Part shown: piece by piece, positions 1 through 11,772 of the stretch | Position numbering within the stretch: the stretch's first letter is position 1 | Layout of the letters: each line of letters begins with the position of its first letter | Assembly (NCBI RefSeq): GCF_023055435.1 | Contig: NW_025963857.1 | Location: 16,678,001-16,742,000 of the forward strand | Reading direction: 5' to 3' | DNA length: 64,000 bases | Source of the DNA: Haliotis rufescens | Lineage: Eukaryota | The notes under the pieces: model-generated | What the model saw: the letters and a program-made list of their open reading frames with translations, nothing else | Told to the model about the DNA's origin: nothing | The model's database searches: none | Made by a program: the position numbers and the translations under genes

Positions 1-513
1 TTTCTACTGTCTAAAATTCAGAGGTAGCCAAATGACTACCTTGAAAAATATCTTGTGGCGACTAAATTCTATTGCTACACATATATAGACACAAAAATAA
101 ATAACAGCTGATCGTGGGAAAACATGTCTGTTAATAATTGTACTCGCAAATAATGCCTCCTAAAGTCGACAATGAACCGAAATACATAAATATTAATGTA
201 ATTAGTATTTTATTTTAGCTGACAATGCTCATTGGATAAGCAAGGATATACCTATATAATCTAGAAACATAAATTGCATCATTGTTCGAGTCACACAAAT
301 TACAAAAACCATGCACAGTTTCCACAAATAAAAAAGTCCAACACTAATGCTATGACTTGTACATACTATAATAGTTATTGAATCAAAGATAATTTCAAAT
401 GCTTTTGGCTACCTACAATATTGCCTTGACTTCTTAATTTTACCACTGGCTACCTAGAAAAAAATACTTGTAGCTAGATGGCTACTTGGTGAAAATTTAA
501 ATTTTGAGGCCTG
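1..513. mobile_element. Right part of a hAT-like MITE (left end outside window)
   Basis: Ends ...aattttgaggcctg (reverse complement CAGGCCTCAAAATT, a hAT-like terminus); subterminal ggtagcc/ggctacc motifs occur in both orientations at 23-40 and 407-486. Confidence 0.4.
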
Positions 514-595
514 TATCGCCTCAGCCTGACAGGATCGTATAGGGATGGGCCACTCAATATTCTGTGATTCTACAGGGGTGGTGTATGGGAAGTAG

Positions 596-957
596 TAGGG
601 CTGGGACGGGTAACTCGGGTACTCGGGTCGGGTGGGTCCTGAGTAGGATCCGGTACCCACATGACTACCCGGACCCGTGGTTATTCATGTGACATACTGT
701 TCAATGACAATAACAATAAAACTCAATGGTTACACTACACATTTCTTTCTCACAATGCAGGCATTCGTTCTGACTTTTATATATGTATACATGATCAGAT
801 CGTTTTATATGAGTATCTGAGTAGTTTTTGCCAGGGCTGCATTAAAACATTTCCCATTCCGAGACCAACTCTTGAGACCTATAGCGGGTATCCGGGTAGG
901 GCCGGGTAATAGGGTGTCAGGTACCCGGGTAGTATATTTGGACTCGTCCCAGCTCTA
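596..957. mobile_element. hAT-superfamily MITE
   Basis: TIRs tagggctgggacg / cgtcccagctcta; 8-bp TSD ggaagtag (588-595) / ggaaatag (958-965); subterminal cgggta repeats. Confidence 0.8.
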
Positions 958-1232
958 GGAAATAGCTTTACAAAACAATTGGATGTATCCATGGTAACCC
1001 AAAGGAGAAACCATGGGAAAGTGACATTCATCACATATGTCGGCACCATACCGGTGCTCGTGGGTTTCACCAAGACCTGCATCACTCTTTAATGTAATGT
1101 AAATAACAATTTGTGGTAAGAATTGATTGTCTGGGTAGCAACATGAGCAAATATAGTAATACCCATAAAATATATTTAATGTTTTTTTATTGTTATCATT
1201 GAGATGGGATTCAGCAATGGGTGGAATTCAAG

Positions 1233-1493
1233 GAGTGAGTGAGCTGGGTTTAAACGCAGTATTCCAGTTACACCAGTGCATGTCAACTTGATGTGGGAGG
1301 AAAGCCTGAATTGATGCAGGTCTCAGATGTTTACCACTTTGGTGAAACCAATGAGCACAGGAATGCTGCTGACAAACGTGAAAACATAATCAAGGCAAAC
1401 CGGTATCTGAACCCACAATCATAGGTTCCAGGCATGCCCTAGGGACGCAACTCAGCACAGCAAATTGCGTCGCCTGACATGCCTTGGGACCCC
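1233..1493 (-). mobile_element. tRNA-derived SINE, family D
   Basis: Reverse complement aligns end to end with the + copy at 24442-24708 (head, gtttcaccaaagtggtaaac body, (ACTC)n tail). Confidence 0.7.
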
Positions 1494-1758
1494 TGAAGAT
1501 CTGTGGTAGAATAGGTCTTCAGCAACCCATGCTTGCTATAAAAGGCGCCTATGTTTGTTGGAAGAGGGAACTAACGGGATTGGGTGGTCAGGATCACTAG
1601 ACTTGGTTGATGCATGTCATTGTATCCCAATTACGTAGATCGATGCTCATTTTATCTAGCACTAGATTGTCTGGTCCGGACTCGATTATTTACAGACCGC
1701 CATCATATAGCTGGAATATTGCTGAGTGCGGCGTTAAACAACAAACAAACAAAACAAA
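1488..1758 (+). mobile_element. SINE family B (structured, non-tRNA head)
   Basis: gacccctgaagat...ggtcttcagcaacccatgcttg...gctggaatattgctgagtgcggcgttaaac(AAAC)n; more than 10 copies in the window. Confidence 0.85.
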
Positions 1759-2467
1759 AGAAAGCATGGCCGGGCCACCAATGGCCCCAGAATTGAAGGA
1801 TAACATAATGAGGCTGATTTCACTGATGCACCAATTCTGTGTTCAAAGTCTCCCATAAGATACAGGACACTTTTCCTTCTGTAAAAATAAGTATTGTTTC
1901 ACAATTTACCTGTACTTCAGACAGTTTATTGATTAGTGCTGACCAACATTTTTGCTGTGGTCCGTGAAGTGGATTATTTATTGTCATCTTGTATCAACTG
2001 GTGACGGCAGCATCTGTTAACCTTTCTTTATGGGATGTGTGTCACATCAGTCTGTGACTTTAGACAAGCCAGAGTCTTGTAACATTCTGTTCTGTTTAGT
2101 AAGCTCAGCTAATGACACAAAAGTGTATTGAAATGAAGAACAGGCTGGTAGACTCAAAACATTTTGCACAGATTGTCATGTCATGTGCTAAATATTGCAA
2201 CATTAGTAGTATTGAATCTCCTGTGTCCTGTGTTCCTGTTCTGTGAATTCTTGTCAAATATTAATTTTGATTACCGTATCTGTTCGTGTATAATACACAG
2301 TTTTCTCCATCATTTTTAGACTCCAAAATTATGACTTCATATTTCACTCTACTAATTGTTATCCCTTTTCCTCAGCCAAGTTGTAAATGTTTATGAATAT
2401 GTAATGTTTGAAAGTCAGGTACTTTCTGTGCAGTTCAGGGAATACCCAAACTGTTGTTTTATTTCAG

Positions 2468-2561
2468 TTTACTGCGCCGAGGAGAGGTACTACACGTGGA
2501 GCTGTTGTAGTTACAGTGTACAATACTTGAAGCCAACTCATGCTGAACACTCCGTCAGTGG
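2468..2561 (+). CDS. Penultimate exon of a 5'-incomplete gene; Cys/His (CHORD/BTK-like zinc-binding) motif protein
   Basis: Acceptor atttcag|, donor GG|gtaagg; reads YCAEERYYTWSCCSYSVQYLKPTHAEHSVSG; its phase-2 end joins in frame to the exon at 5148. Confidence 0.6.
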
Positions 2562-2611
2562 GTAAGGACCCCCCTTACTAATTCTCTTCACTGTCCTGGG
2601 ACCTGTTCCAG

Positions 2612-2718
2612 GGCCCCGTTCCACAAAGCGATCTTAGCGCTAAGATGATCGTAACTCACATACTTTAAAATAGGCTGAAGACAATCATAGCACTAAGGTT
2701 ACTTTGTGGAACGGGCCC
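2612..2718. mobile_element. PIF/Harbinger-like MITE nested in an older copy of the same family
   Basis: TIR ggccccgttccacaaag / ctttgtggaacgggccc; 3-bp TSD cag/cag; related copy at about 58877-58945. Confidence 0.7.
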
Positions 2719-3074
2719 CAGAAAGCTATCGTAAGGCTGAGATGATCTTATCTCCCAATCATAGCGCTATGATCACTCATCCTCGGTTATCCAGGGTATT
2801 ATATTTCCATTCTATTGTGTTAAATACCCTGGATCCATGTCTCACCATAGCCTCCTTGACACTAAAAAGCAGCCCAGTAGCTATCTTTTTTGCATTAATG
2901 TTCTGAGGGCGATGTTGACTTTTCCTCCAAAACAAAGCCATGAATGGGGATAGAGTAACGGTGACCGCATTTCGGGTTTCGGCAGCTTGGCTCTTAAGAG
3001 TTTCTAGGGCTTTGGTCCTACCCCAAACTGAAGCACATGTAACACATGTGGCGTCTCCTTAGGCATGTGACTGT

Positions 3075-3270
3075 TGGAAATGTGCCTCTGTTCACCCAGC
3101 AGTGAATACGTACCCAGTAGGATGACATGGTAATGTGGTTGTTACCTTCTAGCGCCTAACAGGCAGCCTGGGTTGTATACTCCCCTGGGAGCTGAGAATG
3201 ATTTTCGAGTGCACTCTGGTCCACTGACTGGGATAATAATAGCGTTTTGAGCATGCCCCTGAGTGGTGTG
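3075..3270 (+). mobile_element. Degenerate CORE-SINE-like element
   Basis: ctctgttcacccagcagtgaat..gtaccc core, tatactcccc block and agcgttttgagca tail; a related fragment lies at 23325-23435. Confidence 0.5.
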
Positions 3271-4298
3271 GAATATATATCATCACATAATGAAGAAATA
3301 ATATTCCAGATAATCAAAGATGCTGCTCTATATGGTTGCCTTGAGCGACTTGTTAAGGATCTTAAATTCTAAATGTGTGCTGGTGGGGTATAGGCAACAG
3401 AAACAGGTTCACTGCAATTATCTCCCTTGCCTCAAGAAGGTGCAAGCTCCTTCACAGCGCGTGACACCTTCGTTACACTCTCGGTAACATCGCTGCCACC
3501 AGTGTGGGCGCGGCCATTACAAGAATCTTGAAATTTGCCCTCTAACCCCAAATGCAGTAACGTTGATACTTTTGTTTATGTCTTTGGGGATGCTATCATA
3601 TTTCATTTTGAAAAGGTTTACGACTGACCATGTTTTCCAGATGAATTTACTTTGTTGTTTTAATAATCAGATTGGTTCGAGATTGCATACTAACGGAAAA
3701 TCAACCAACTTCTCCCTTACATTCTTATTATATCAACAACACGAATGATTTAATGAAACAGAAATTTAAATTGACAAACGAAGAAAGTAATTTAGCAGCG
3801 ATAAGTGTATTCGGCGTCATACGGGCGTCACTTGTTTGTAAACATAACGGTCATTCGATTGCGAGTTCAACTCCAAGCATGGTTGAGGCCACCTATTCAC
3901 AGTGGGGAGTTTTGACTGGTGGCAGCGATAGTATAGAGAACTCCGCAAACGGGCTATCGCTGTGAGGAGCTTGAAGGAGGCGGTCTAATATGGAAGTACT
4001 GTTTTTTGTCTATGGAATGACTCGGACTACACAAAATGTTTAAGTTCAAGTTACTGTATGCTTTCAAATTAATTCTGGCAATAATAAAAATATTGTCATT
4101 TAAGCAAATGTTATGTTCAGTTGTGATAATATCTAACAATGGAGTAATTAATCATCTTCCTTGTTCGTAGTTTTTTAGCGAAAAGGAATTTAGTGGTATG
4201 GAATTGTTTCTTGAAAATACCAACATGTGGCATGAGTGGCCATTTCATTTCATCATAGCCGTCATCCCCCGTCCCCCTTATTTTTGCGATAAATGTTG

Positions 4299-4299
<1 letters not shown>

Positions 4300-4352
<53 letters not shown>
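4300..4352. repeat. (CA)n microsatellite
   Basis: About 26 CA units. Confidence 0.98.
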
Positions 4353-4354
<2 letters not shown>

Positions 4355-4740
4355 TCGCAGTGTCATCTTTTCATGACCACTGGCCTCCCTTCCCTATAAT
4401 AAGTGACCTGTCCCTATAATTATGTATTACACCACATTATAGCTAAACTGGATAGAATTATCATTAAACCGCCCATTTGTTATCAGAAATGAGCGGGCCA
4501 CTGTAACTTGATAATGCCCTCATATTGCTTGACGACGGGCCATTATCACACCCGTTGTTAGGTGATGTCATATTGATGTTCAATAGTGACGTCATCTGGT
4601 TTGTTCTGTGACGTTTCCATATTTATAAAAGGGGGTCAGTGACATTAATTGTGTGTTGTTTGCAGTAAATGTTTCAAACCGATATTGTTGTTTATTTTTA
4701 TTTGATAACAAATTCTAGCTATAATAACTGTAACACTATT

Positions 4741-4848
4741 TTTCAGGGCATTATCATTTACAGAAGCCCTAGGTCTTTTCAACTGACCTCCTTTGTCGGG
4801 CAGTGAAAGGAAAAACCTCAGGCTTCTGTAAATGATAATGCCCTGAAA
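4741..4848. repeat. Perfect 28-bp inverted repeat, probably part of a non-autonomous DNA element
   Basis: tttcagggcattatcatttacagaagcc (4741-4768) / ggcttctgtaaatgataatgccctgaaa (4821-4848). Confidence 0.85.
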
Positions 4849-5147
4849 TATAGCATTTCCCTTTTAATAATCAATGTCTACATATGAGTTCTACTCCAAC
4901 ACATTTAGGTGATGTATCTGAATGAATGAGATGTTATGAATGAGTTCATACACTAAAAACATCTACTATATCTACACTTCTCCATTGTCAGAAGGTTTCC
5001 TCCAAAACTCAAGGATAATTTAAATCCTAGAGTGGAAGCATTCTTGTACATGTTGTAAACCCTATTTGTTTGTGTCGGCTGCGTAATACATGTTATATTT
5101 CAAGAATACGGTTTTATGTTGCATAAAATAATATTTTATTTTTGCAG

Positions 5148-5253
5148 ATGCACTGAGGGCCAGCATGTTTGGCGCCCTCATCTGAAGGCATCAAGGGGAG
5201 ACAAATCGGAGAACAAACATTGGAACCAGGTTCTCAGGAGCTATAAACATTAA
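5148..5253 (+). CDS. Terminal coding exon of the Cys/His-motif gene
   Basis: Acceptor ttttatttttgcag|; the spliced frame gives (G)CTEGQHVWRPHLKASRGDKSENKHWNQVLRSYKH*, completing WSCC-x17-GCxxGxH. Confidence 0.6.
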
Positions 5254-5339
5254 AATGAATCAGAACATAAATGGTCAATTGCCTGAGCTGCAAACCGGGC
5301 CTTGGAGGTAGTGTGATCCATGGCCACACTGAAGGACAG

Positions 5340-5450
5340 GGGGCCCAGGTGGCCCAGTGGTGTAGACGCTGCAATTTGCTGTGCAGAGTTGTGTCCCATG
5401 GGCACACCAGGTACCTAAGATCATGTGTTTGAATCCTGGCCACACTGAAG
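5340..5450 (+). mobile_element. Degenerate head of SINE family D
   Basis: gtggcccagtgg...gcaatttgctgtgc..gagttg...tttgaatcct matches the heads at 24442 and 1493(-). Confidence 0.55.
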
Positions 5451-6017
5451 AGCAGACTTTTGACTGTGAGAAGCTGAAATATATGCACATCTGTTATCAG
5501 TGTTGTAAAACTCTCGTACATCCTACTTGCTACTGGTGGATCCAGATGGGGGATGCTGTTGTGCCCCCCGTCATTCAGACACCCTACATATTTTGTGTGC
5601 ACTCGGCCAAGTGACTTGGTGACATGGGTAATCTATGCACCCCCACCTTTTTTTCAAAATCCAGGATCTGCCTCTGCTTGAACTGTAGAGAGCTTGGGTA
5701 GAGCTGATTCCTATATGGAATAGTGAGTACATACCCGGTGTGCACTTATCGGGTGATCTGCATCTGTTTGATTGTGCTGTTCGTGTTGGGGGCTGAGGAA
5801 TAGGTAGTGCTGGGCATAGTCAAAGGTCACTCTACGTACTGTCGAATTTGAAGAGGTTTAAATTTAGATAGGACCTTCTCCCAAATTCAGGTCATTATTG
5901 AGTCCATCTTTCGTTGGTTTCACCAAAGTCGTCATATGTTGAGTCCATGTACGCTTATCAGAGGGGAACAAAGTATGTGATCTGGACTACCAGTTGTCAG
6001 ACTTCAATTTTTGCGAA

Positions 6018-6110
6018 AGGCTGGGTGGCTGAGTTGGTTAGATCGCTGACTCTATGTGCTGGCAATTAGGTGCCTCACTCTGTGTAGGTACAAATCCTAA
6101 TTGGGACTCA
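6018..6110 (+). mobile_element. Decayed tRNA-like SINE head
   Basis: A-box-like tggctgagttgg and B-box-like ggtacaaatcct; no complete cloverleaf. Confidence 0.4.
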
Positions 6111-6275
6111 ACCCCCAAAAGTACTAGTATTTGTACCTTACTAAGAAAGTGTTATCCCAAATATAACATTTCACTGACATATGTTCATGGTATTGTATTT
6201 CATGTTGAATGACTGTTATATGTACATGTGTTATGACTTATTTTTAGAGGTTTTAAACTATTACATTCATGTACA

Positions 6276-6281
6276 AATAAA
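6276..6281 (+). terminator. Candidate polyadenylation signal of the first gene
   Basis: AATAAA about 1 kb after the stop at 5253, followed by GT-rich sequence. Confidence 0.4.
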
Positions 6282-6384
6282 ACCTGTTGTTACCATGGTT
6301 ACAGTATGCATGAGTTTGTTTTTGGCATGCAGGGGTGAGAGGTCACTTTGGGAAAATCTTTGTAGATATCGTCCTCAAATGCCA

Positions 6385-7340
6385 CAGTGGAGACCCAGAT
6401 ATGACATGACCCCAGCAGCCTATGATTAGCTTCATGGGGTCGGGTGGTAAGGATCCAAGACTTGGTTCCGTGTCATCTACCCTGACAGCGTGGAGACCCA
6501 GATATGACCCCAGCAGCCTATGATTGGCTCCAGGGGGTCAGGATCCATGACATGGCTCTGTGTCATCTACCCTGACAGCGTGGAGACCCAGATGTAACAT
6601 GACACCAGCAGCCTATGATTGGCTCCAGGGGGGTCAGGATCCATGACATGGCTCTGTGTCATCTACCCTTACAGTGTGGAGACCCAGATATGACATGTAC
6701 CCCAGCAGCCTATGATTGGCTCCAGGGGGTCAGGATCCATGACTTGGTTCCGTGCCATCTACCCTGACAAGGGGGTCAGGTGGTAAGGATCCAAGACTTG
6801 GTTCCGTGTCATCTACCCTGACAGCGTGGAGACCCAGATATGACCCCAGCAGCCTATGATTGGCTCCAGGGGTCAGGATCCAAGACTTGGTTCCGTGTCA
6901 TCTACCCTGACAGCGTGGAGACCCAGATGTAACATGACACCAGCAGCCTATGATTGGCCCCAGGGGGGTCAGGATCCATGACATGGCTCTGTGTCATCTA
7001 CCCTTACAGTGTGGAGACCCAGATATGACATGTACCCCAGCAGCCTATGATTGGCTCCAGGGGGTCAGGATCCATGACTTGGTTCCGTGCCATCTACCCT
7101 GACAAGGGGGTCGGGTGGTAAGGATCCAAGACTTGGTTCCGTGTCATCTACCCTGACAGCGTGGAGACCCAGATATGACATGTCACCAGCAGCCTATGAT
7201 TGGCTCCAGGGGTCAGGATCCATGACTTGGTTCTGTGTCATCGTCCCCTAGACAGTGTGAGACATTACTGACCCAGACTATTATTCACAGGCGACATAGC
7301 TGGAATAGTGTTTAATATGCGTTAAACAACATTCACTCAC
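6385..7340 (+). repeat. Minisatellite (about 85-95 bp unit, about 10 copies) formed inside a degenerate family-B SINE
   Basis: Unit gtggagacccagatatgacatgaccccagcagcctatgattggctccagggggtcaggatccatgacttggttccgtgtcatctaccctgacagc; the array runs into a family-B 3' tail at 7270-7340. Confidence 0.9.
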
Positions 7341-7603
7341 CCGACAAGGTTGTAACAACAAAATCTAGCACATATTTATTTCAATTTCTACACCCCCTTG
7401 GGGACTTTAGATAGTTGGTGCTCTGTGACCATGTCTTTGATTATCCAGTGTGTTATGTCTTCTGATTGGCACAAAACTGACATCAACTAGCCAATTTAAG
7501 TGGGGCGTTGCTCATACTATGAACCACTGGTTTGTCGGTTGAAGGCTTGATTATTTAGTGTTCGTGATATAAATATATCTGGAAATCTACAACGACTTTT
7601 ACA

Positions 7604-7879
7604 GGACCCGTGAAGATTCCGAGGTAGAATAGATTTTCAGCAACACATACTTGCCGTAAAAGGCGACTATGCTTGTCCTAAAAGGCCACTAACGGGATCG
7701 GTTTGTCAAGCTCGCTGACCTGGTTGATACAGGTCATCGATTCCAATTGCGTGGATCGATGCTCATGATGTCAATCACTGGATTGTCTAATCCAGACTCG
7801 ATTATTTTACTGACCGCCGTCATATAGCTGGAATATTGCTGAGTGCGGCGTTAAACAACAAGCAAACAAGCAACAAAAA
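7604..7879 (+). mobile_element. Full-length SINE family B with 13-bp TSD
   Basis: TSD aacgacttttaca at 7591-7603 and 7880-7892 defines both ends. Confidence 0.92.
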
Positions 7880-8127
7880 AACGACTTTTACACAACATTC
7901 AATCACCAATCATGACTTGGTCCATGCGTGTCGTATCTTTCGTGCATGTCATATTGATTTTACTAAACGAGTGTTGGAATTTTTGTGTTTCCAGGGCAAG
8001 CGAGAGGGTAATACACGAGCTCTCACACGAGTTTCGTGAAATCAGTACGAGATACAAGCGAGTGTTATTATTTCTTAATTACAGATTATTTCTTAAACCT
8101 TATGTGCTCCCCCATTGGAAACAAGAC

Positions 8128-8440
8128 CGCCTCCGTGGTCAAGTGGTAGAGAGCCTGCCCGGAGAGCGGAAGGTCTTGGTTTATACCAAAAGATGTTAAA
8201 AGATGGTACTTGTTATCTTGCCAGGCGCTCGGCTATTACAAGGACTGGTCGGCTTGGAGTCAGTATACTGTGTCTGAGTAGGGTATTCCTGTTAAACAGC
8301 GGCATGGCATCTTAGTGAGCAAGAACTATAAAACCGGCATTAGTCCGGACTAGTCACACACACGTGCATGCACGTCGCTATATAAGTGCAATAATTTTGA
8401 ACACAACCTTAAACGGAATTTCACCTCACCTTACCTCACA
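8128..8440 (+). mobile_element. tRNA-derived SINE family C (MetaSINE-like core)
   Basis: tRNA-like head, ataccaaaaga..aaaagatggtacttg core, aggactggtcggct..agtcagtatactgtg body, (CACCT)n tail. Confidence 0.75.
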
Positions 8441-9768
8441 TGCAAGTGGTGTTGGGCAGCCATGTGGTTAAGGCGTTAGGTCATACCGAAGATATATAAT
8501 GTGCGAAGCCCATTCATCTTGTCTCCTCTCCGTGGCTGAAATATTACTGGTAGTATACCCAAATATATATCACATCTTAGCAAGTTCGTCTATTATTATT
8601 TATTATTTTATTATGCATGTGCGATAGATCCAACACGGAGACAGTCATATCACAGGGGGTGTAATAACCAGACCCATATTACACCCCTTGCCGGACTGAT
8701 ATGGCTTGTCAATGCATTTTGAATGGGCGATCGAGATCAGCCCGGTTGGTAAGAAATTAGAGTTACGTCCCTTAGTGCGTCGTCTGCTCGTCTGCCCAGC
8801 TCGGTTTCCCGTGACAATGACTTCCAAACAAGGAGAAATGTTTTGCATTCACTTGCAAATAGATACATTTTACAACCTCTAACTACAGGCCAATTGACAG
8901 CGATAAGCTCACACACAGGTAAGAACTGACCATTTGCGCTTAAACGTAAGTTTATAGGATAGTTGTGAGAAGGATGCTACCGCCTTCATACTTTTTAACG
9001 TTCCTGAGTCAGGCATACAGTTTTGCGAAAGAAATATTGTTTTTTCACTATTTACCTATCATTTTCACGGTTAATTTAAAACAGTCGCTATATGGCTGAA
9101 ATAATGCCGATGCGACGTTAAAATTTAACTCGCTCACTAATTGAAAACCGATCCAAATCAATAGTGTGATCGTCCTCCATGGTTCTGTTTATCACTGATC
9201 CCTGTGAGTTAGTTGTTTTGAACATGATTTCATCTCAACATATCGTGACATCAGATTAATATGGAAGAAATTCCCAAGTAACACAGATCGTTTATTACCT
9301 TTCGTGAGTGAGTGAGTATGGTTTTACACCGCTGTTGGTAATATTCCAGCAATATCGCGGCGGGGTACAGCAGAAATAAAATTAACATTTACCTTATGTG
9401 AAACCCAGGAGCGTGAGAATGGTGCTGACAGACGAAAAATCCTAATCGGTGCGAATCTGGGATTCTTACCTACAATCAACCAACCCAGTTACTATCTAGG
9501 TTTGTCAGCACCAATCCCGTGCTCACATAGTTGGAAACGACTACACATGCCTTTGGCGTTGAACAACAAGAAGAAAACTTGTTATGGTAAAAAAAATACT
9601 GATGGAAATGAATAAGGGAACAAGTTTTAGACACCGTAAAATGATATCCTATCATCAGTTACCAGCCTTGTTTACCAAATACGCGTTGGAAACAATGCAC
9701 ACACAAACATCTCAACATTTGATTATGACGTGTTGAATTTGTATACGCGCTATTTCAAATGTACTGAC

Positions 9769-10005
9769 CCTGTCTGGCGCTCGGCATTAAGGGCTAAAAC
9801 AAGGACTGGTCGGCTCGAAGTCAGTATACTGTGTCTGAGTGGGGTATTCATGTTAAACTGCGGCATGGTATCTCAGTGAGCTAGCACTATAAATCGGCAT
9901 CAGTCCGGACTAGAACAGGCAGCCACACACACACGTGCATGCATGCACGTCGCTATAGAAGTGCAATAATCTTGGACGCGACGTTAAACCCAATTTCACC
10001 TCACC
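9769..10005 (+). mobile_element. 5'-truncated SINE family C with TSD
   Basis: TSD tcaaatgt(a/t)ctgac at 9755-9768 and 10006-10019. Confidence 0.85.
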
Positions 10006-10330
10006 TCAAATGTTCTGACAGTATAGCTTACTTCCCTTTATTTTTCATTGTTCCTTATTCGTTTCCATCAGTATATTAAGCTTTGTAAATGATTCTTTTA
10101 ACAACTTATATTGTGGAAATGTGGTTTATTATTTCACAAAGGCGCTATTTGTTCGAATGCAGTTTCAAATTAATTTTCACCACTGCAGTATAATGAATAT
10201 TACACTACACAGTATTAATATTCTAGTCACGTGGATAAACTGAAGCATCATAACATTCTTTAACGTTAAGATCTCTTGGTTTTCCTTCTAGGATTCCATA
10301 CTTGGTTAAATGCAAACCGTTACCTGTAAC

Positions 10331-10503
10331 GACCGGGTTAGACTTGGTCTTCAGCAACCCACGCTTGTCGTAAGAGGCAACTAACGGGATCGGGTGGTCA
10401 GACTCGATGCTCATGATGTCAATCACTGGATTGTCTGGTCCAGAGTTGATTATTCACAGACCGCCGTCATATAGCTGGAATGAGTGCGGCGTTAAACACC
10501 AAA
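10331..10503 (+). mobile_element. SINE family B, internally deleted
   Basis: Head and tail match family B; about 50 bp of the middle is missing. Confidence 0.8.
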
Positions 10504-11772
10504 CGCGAAGTACTTGAATTTTTGTGCGAACAAGTCAAGTTTACGGGTGATACAACAAACAGCGAGTCCACTGCGTTCTGTGCATAGATGTCGACAACTA
10601 TATTCGCGCTGGTAACACGTTTGGGTTTTGTCGTAATCCAGAATCAAATCACCTTTCACATCCTGCTGCTTTCAGTCGATTAATACTTTGACATTTATTG
10701 CCGTTTTCCAATGGATTATATCCTCTGACAAATGCATTTACATTTACAGCTCATCAACTGCAATCGTGATGTAACACACACGTCTGTGTACTCTGATGTC
10801 TGAGAGTGAGTGAGTGAGTGAGTATGGTTTTACGCCGCTTTTAGCAATATTCCAGCAATATCACGGCTAGGGACATCAGAAATGATGTGTGAGAGCGAAC
10901 ACACTCTGACACTGAACAGCCCGTTCCTAAATTCCAGAGAAATTGCATTACCAAATTCTTCTCATTTAGTTATCTTAAGCATCCTTATATATGCTTGTTG
11001 TATCCCCACCACCCACCCCTACAATCTCCGCTACCCTGCCATGAAGACCTGCCATGAAGACCTGCCATGAAGCACTGATCCGAATAAATGTTTGAAACAA
11101 GAAACCCAATCTGTTTATATTACCTTGCAAAACAAAACTATTTACGGCGAGTTTGAAAACCTCGTTAAATGGATCTCCTTCAACTCGATATTGTTAACTC
11201 CGCTTGTCTCGAATTACGGACAACTCTATAGTTAAGGACTATATAACTTTGTCTCAACAGGATCACTATCCGCACTTTGGTCTACCGACATTACGATTGT
11301 CTCGAATTACGGACAGTTTAATATATAAAGACCATGTACCATGTGCAGAATCATAATCAGTATTTTCAATGGCGATACTACACTTGTCCCGAGAGATGGA
11401 TTACTCGACAGACAAAGAGGATGTAACGTCGTCCCCGCAATACCATCACCATCTTCCCGAGGCAAAAGTGCCCACTAGCCTATATCAAAGTCTAGTTTTC
11501 ACCTAGTTATAGGCTAGTGAGAACTCCGCTTGTCTGGAAGTACTGATAACTCGTCGTTAAAGATGGAAGTAATGAATGTATCACACGTGAAGCACATTTC
11601 TGATGTCCCCTTTGTGATATCGCTTGAAAAGCGGCGTAAAACAATACTCACTCGCACTCTTCTTAAAAGTCCTTTCAGTGAAGGCAGCGTGGTGTTGTTC
11701 CCTTTGTGCTCTTGTTCAATGACTCGCCGTTCTAATGCTGCAGCTTGCTGACAAGTTTTACATTGCTTCCCT

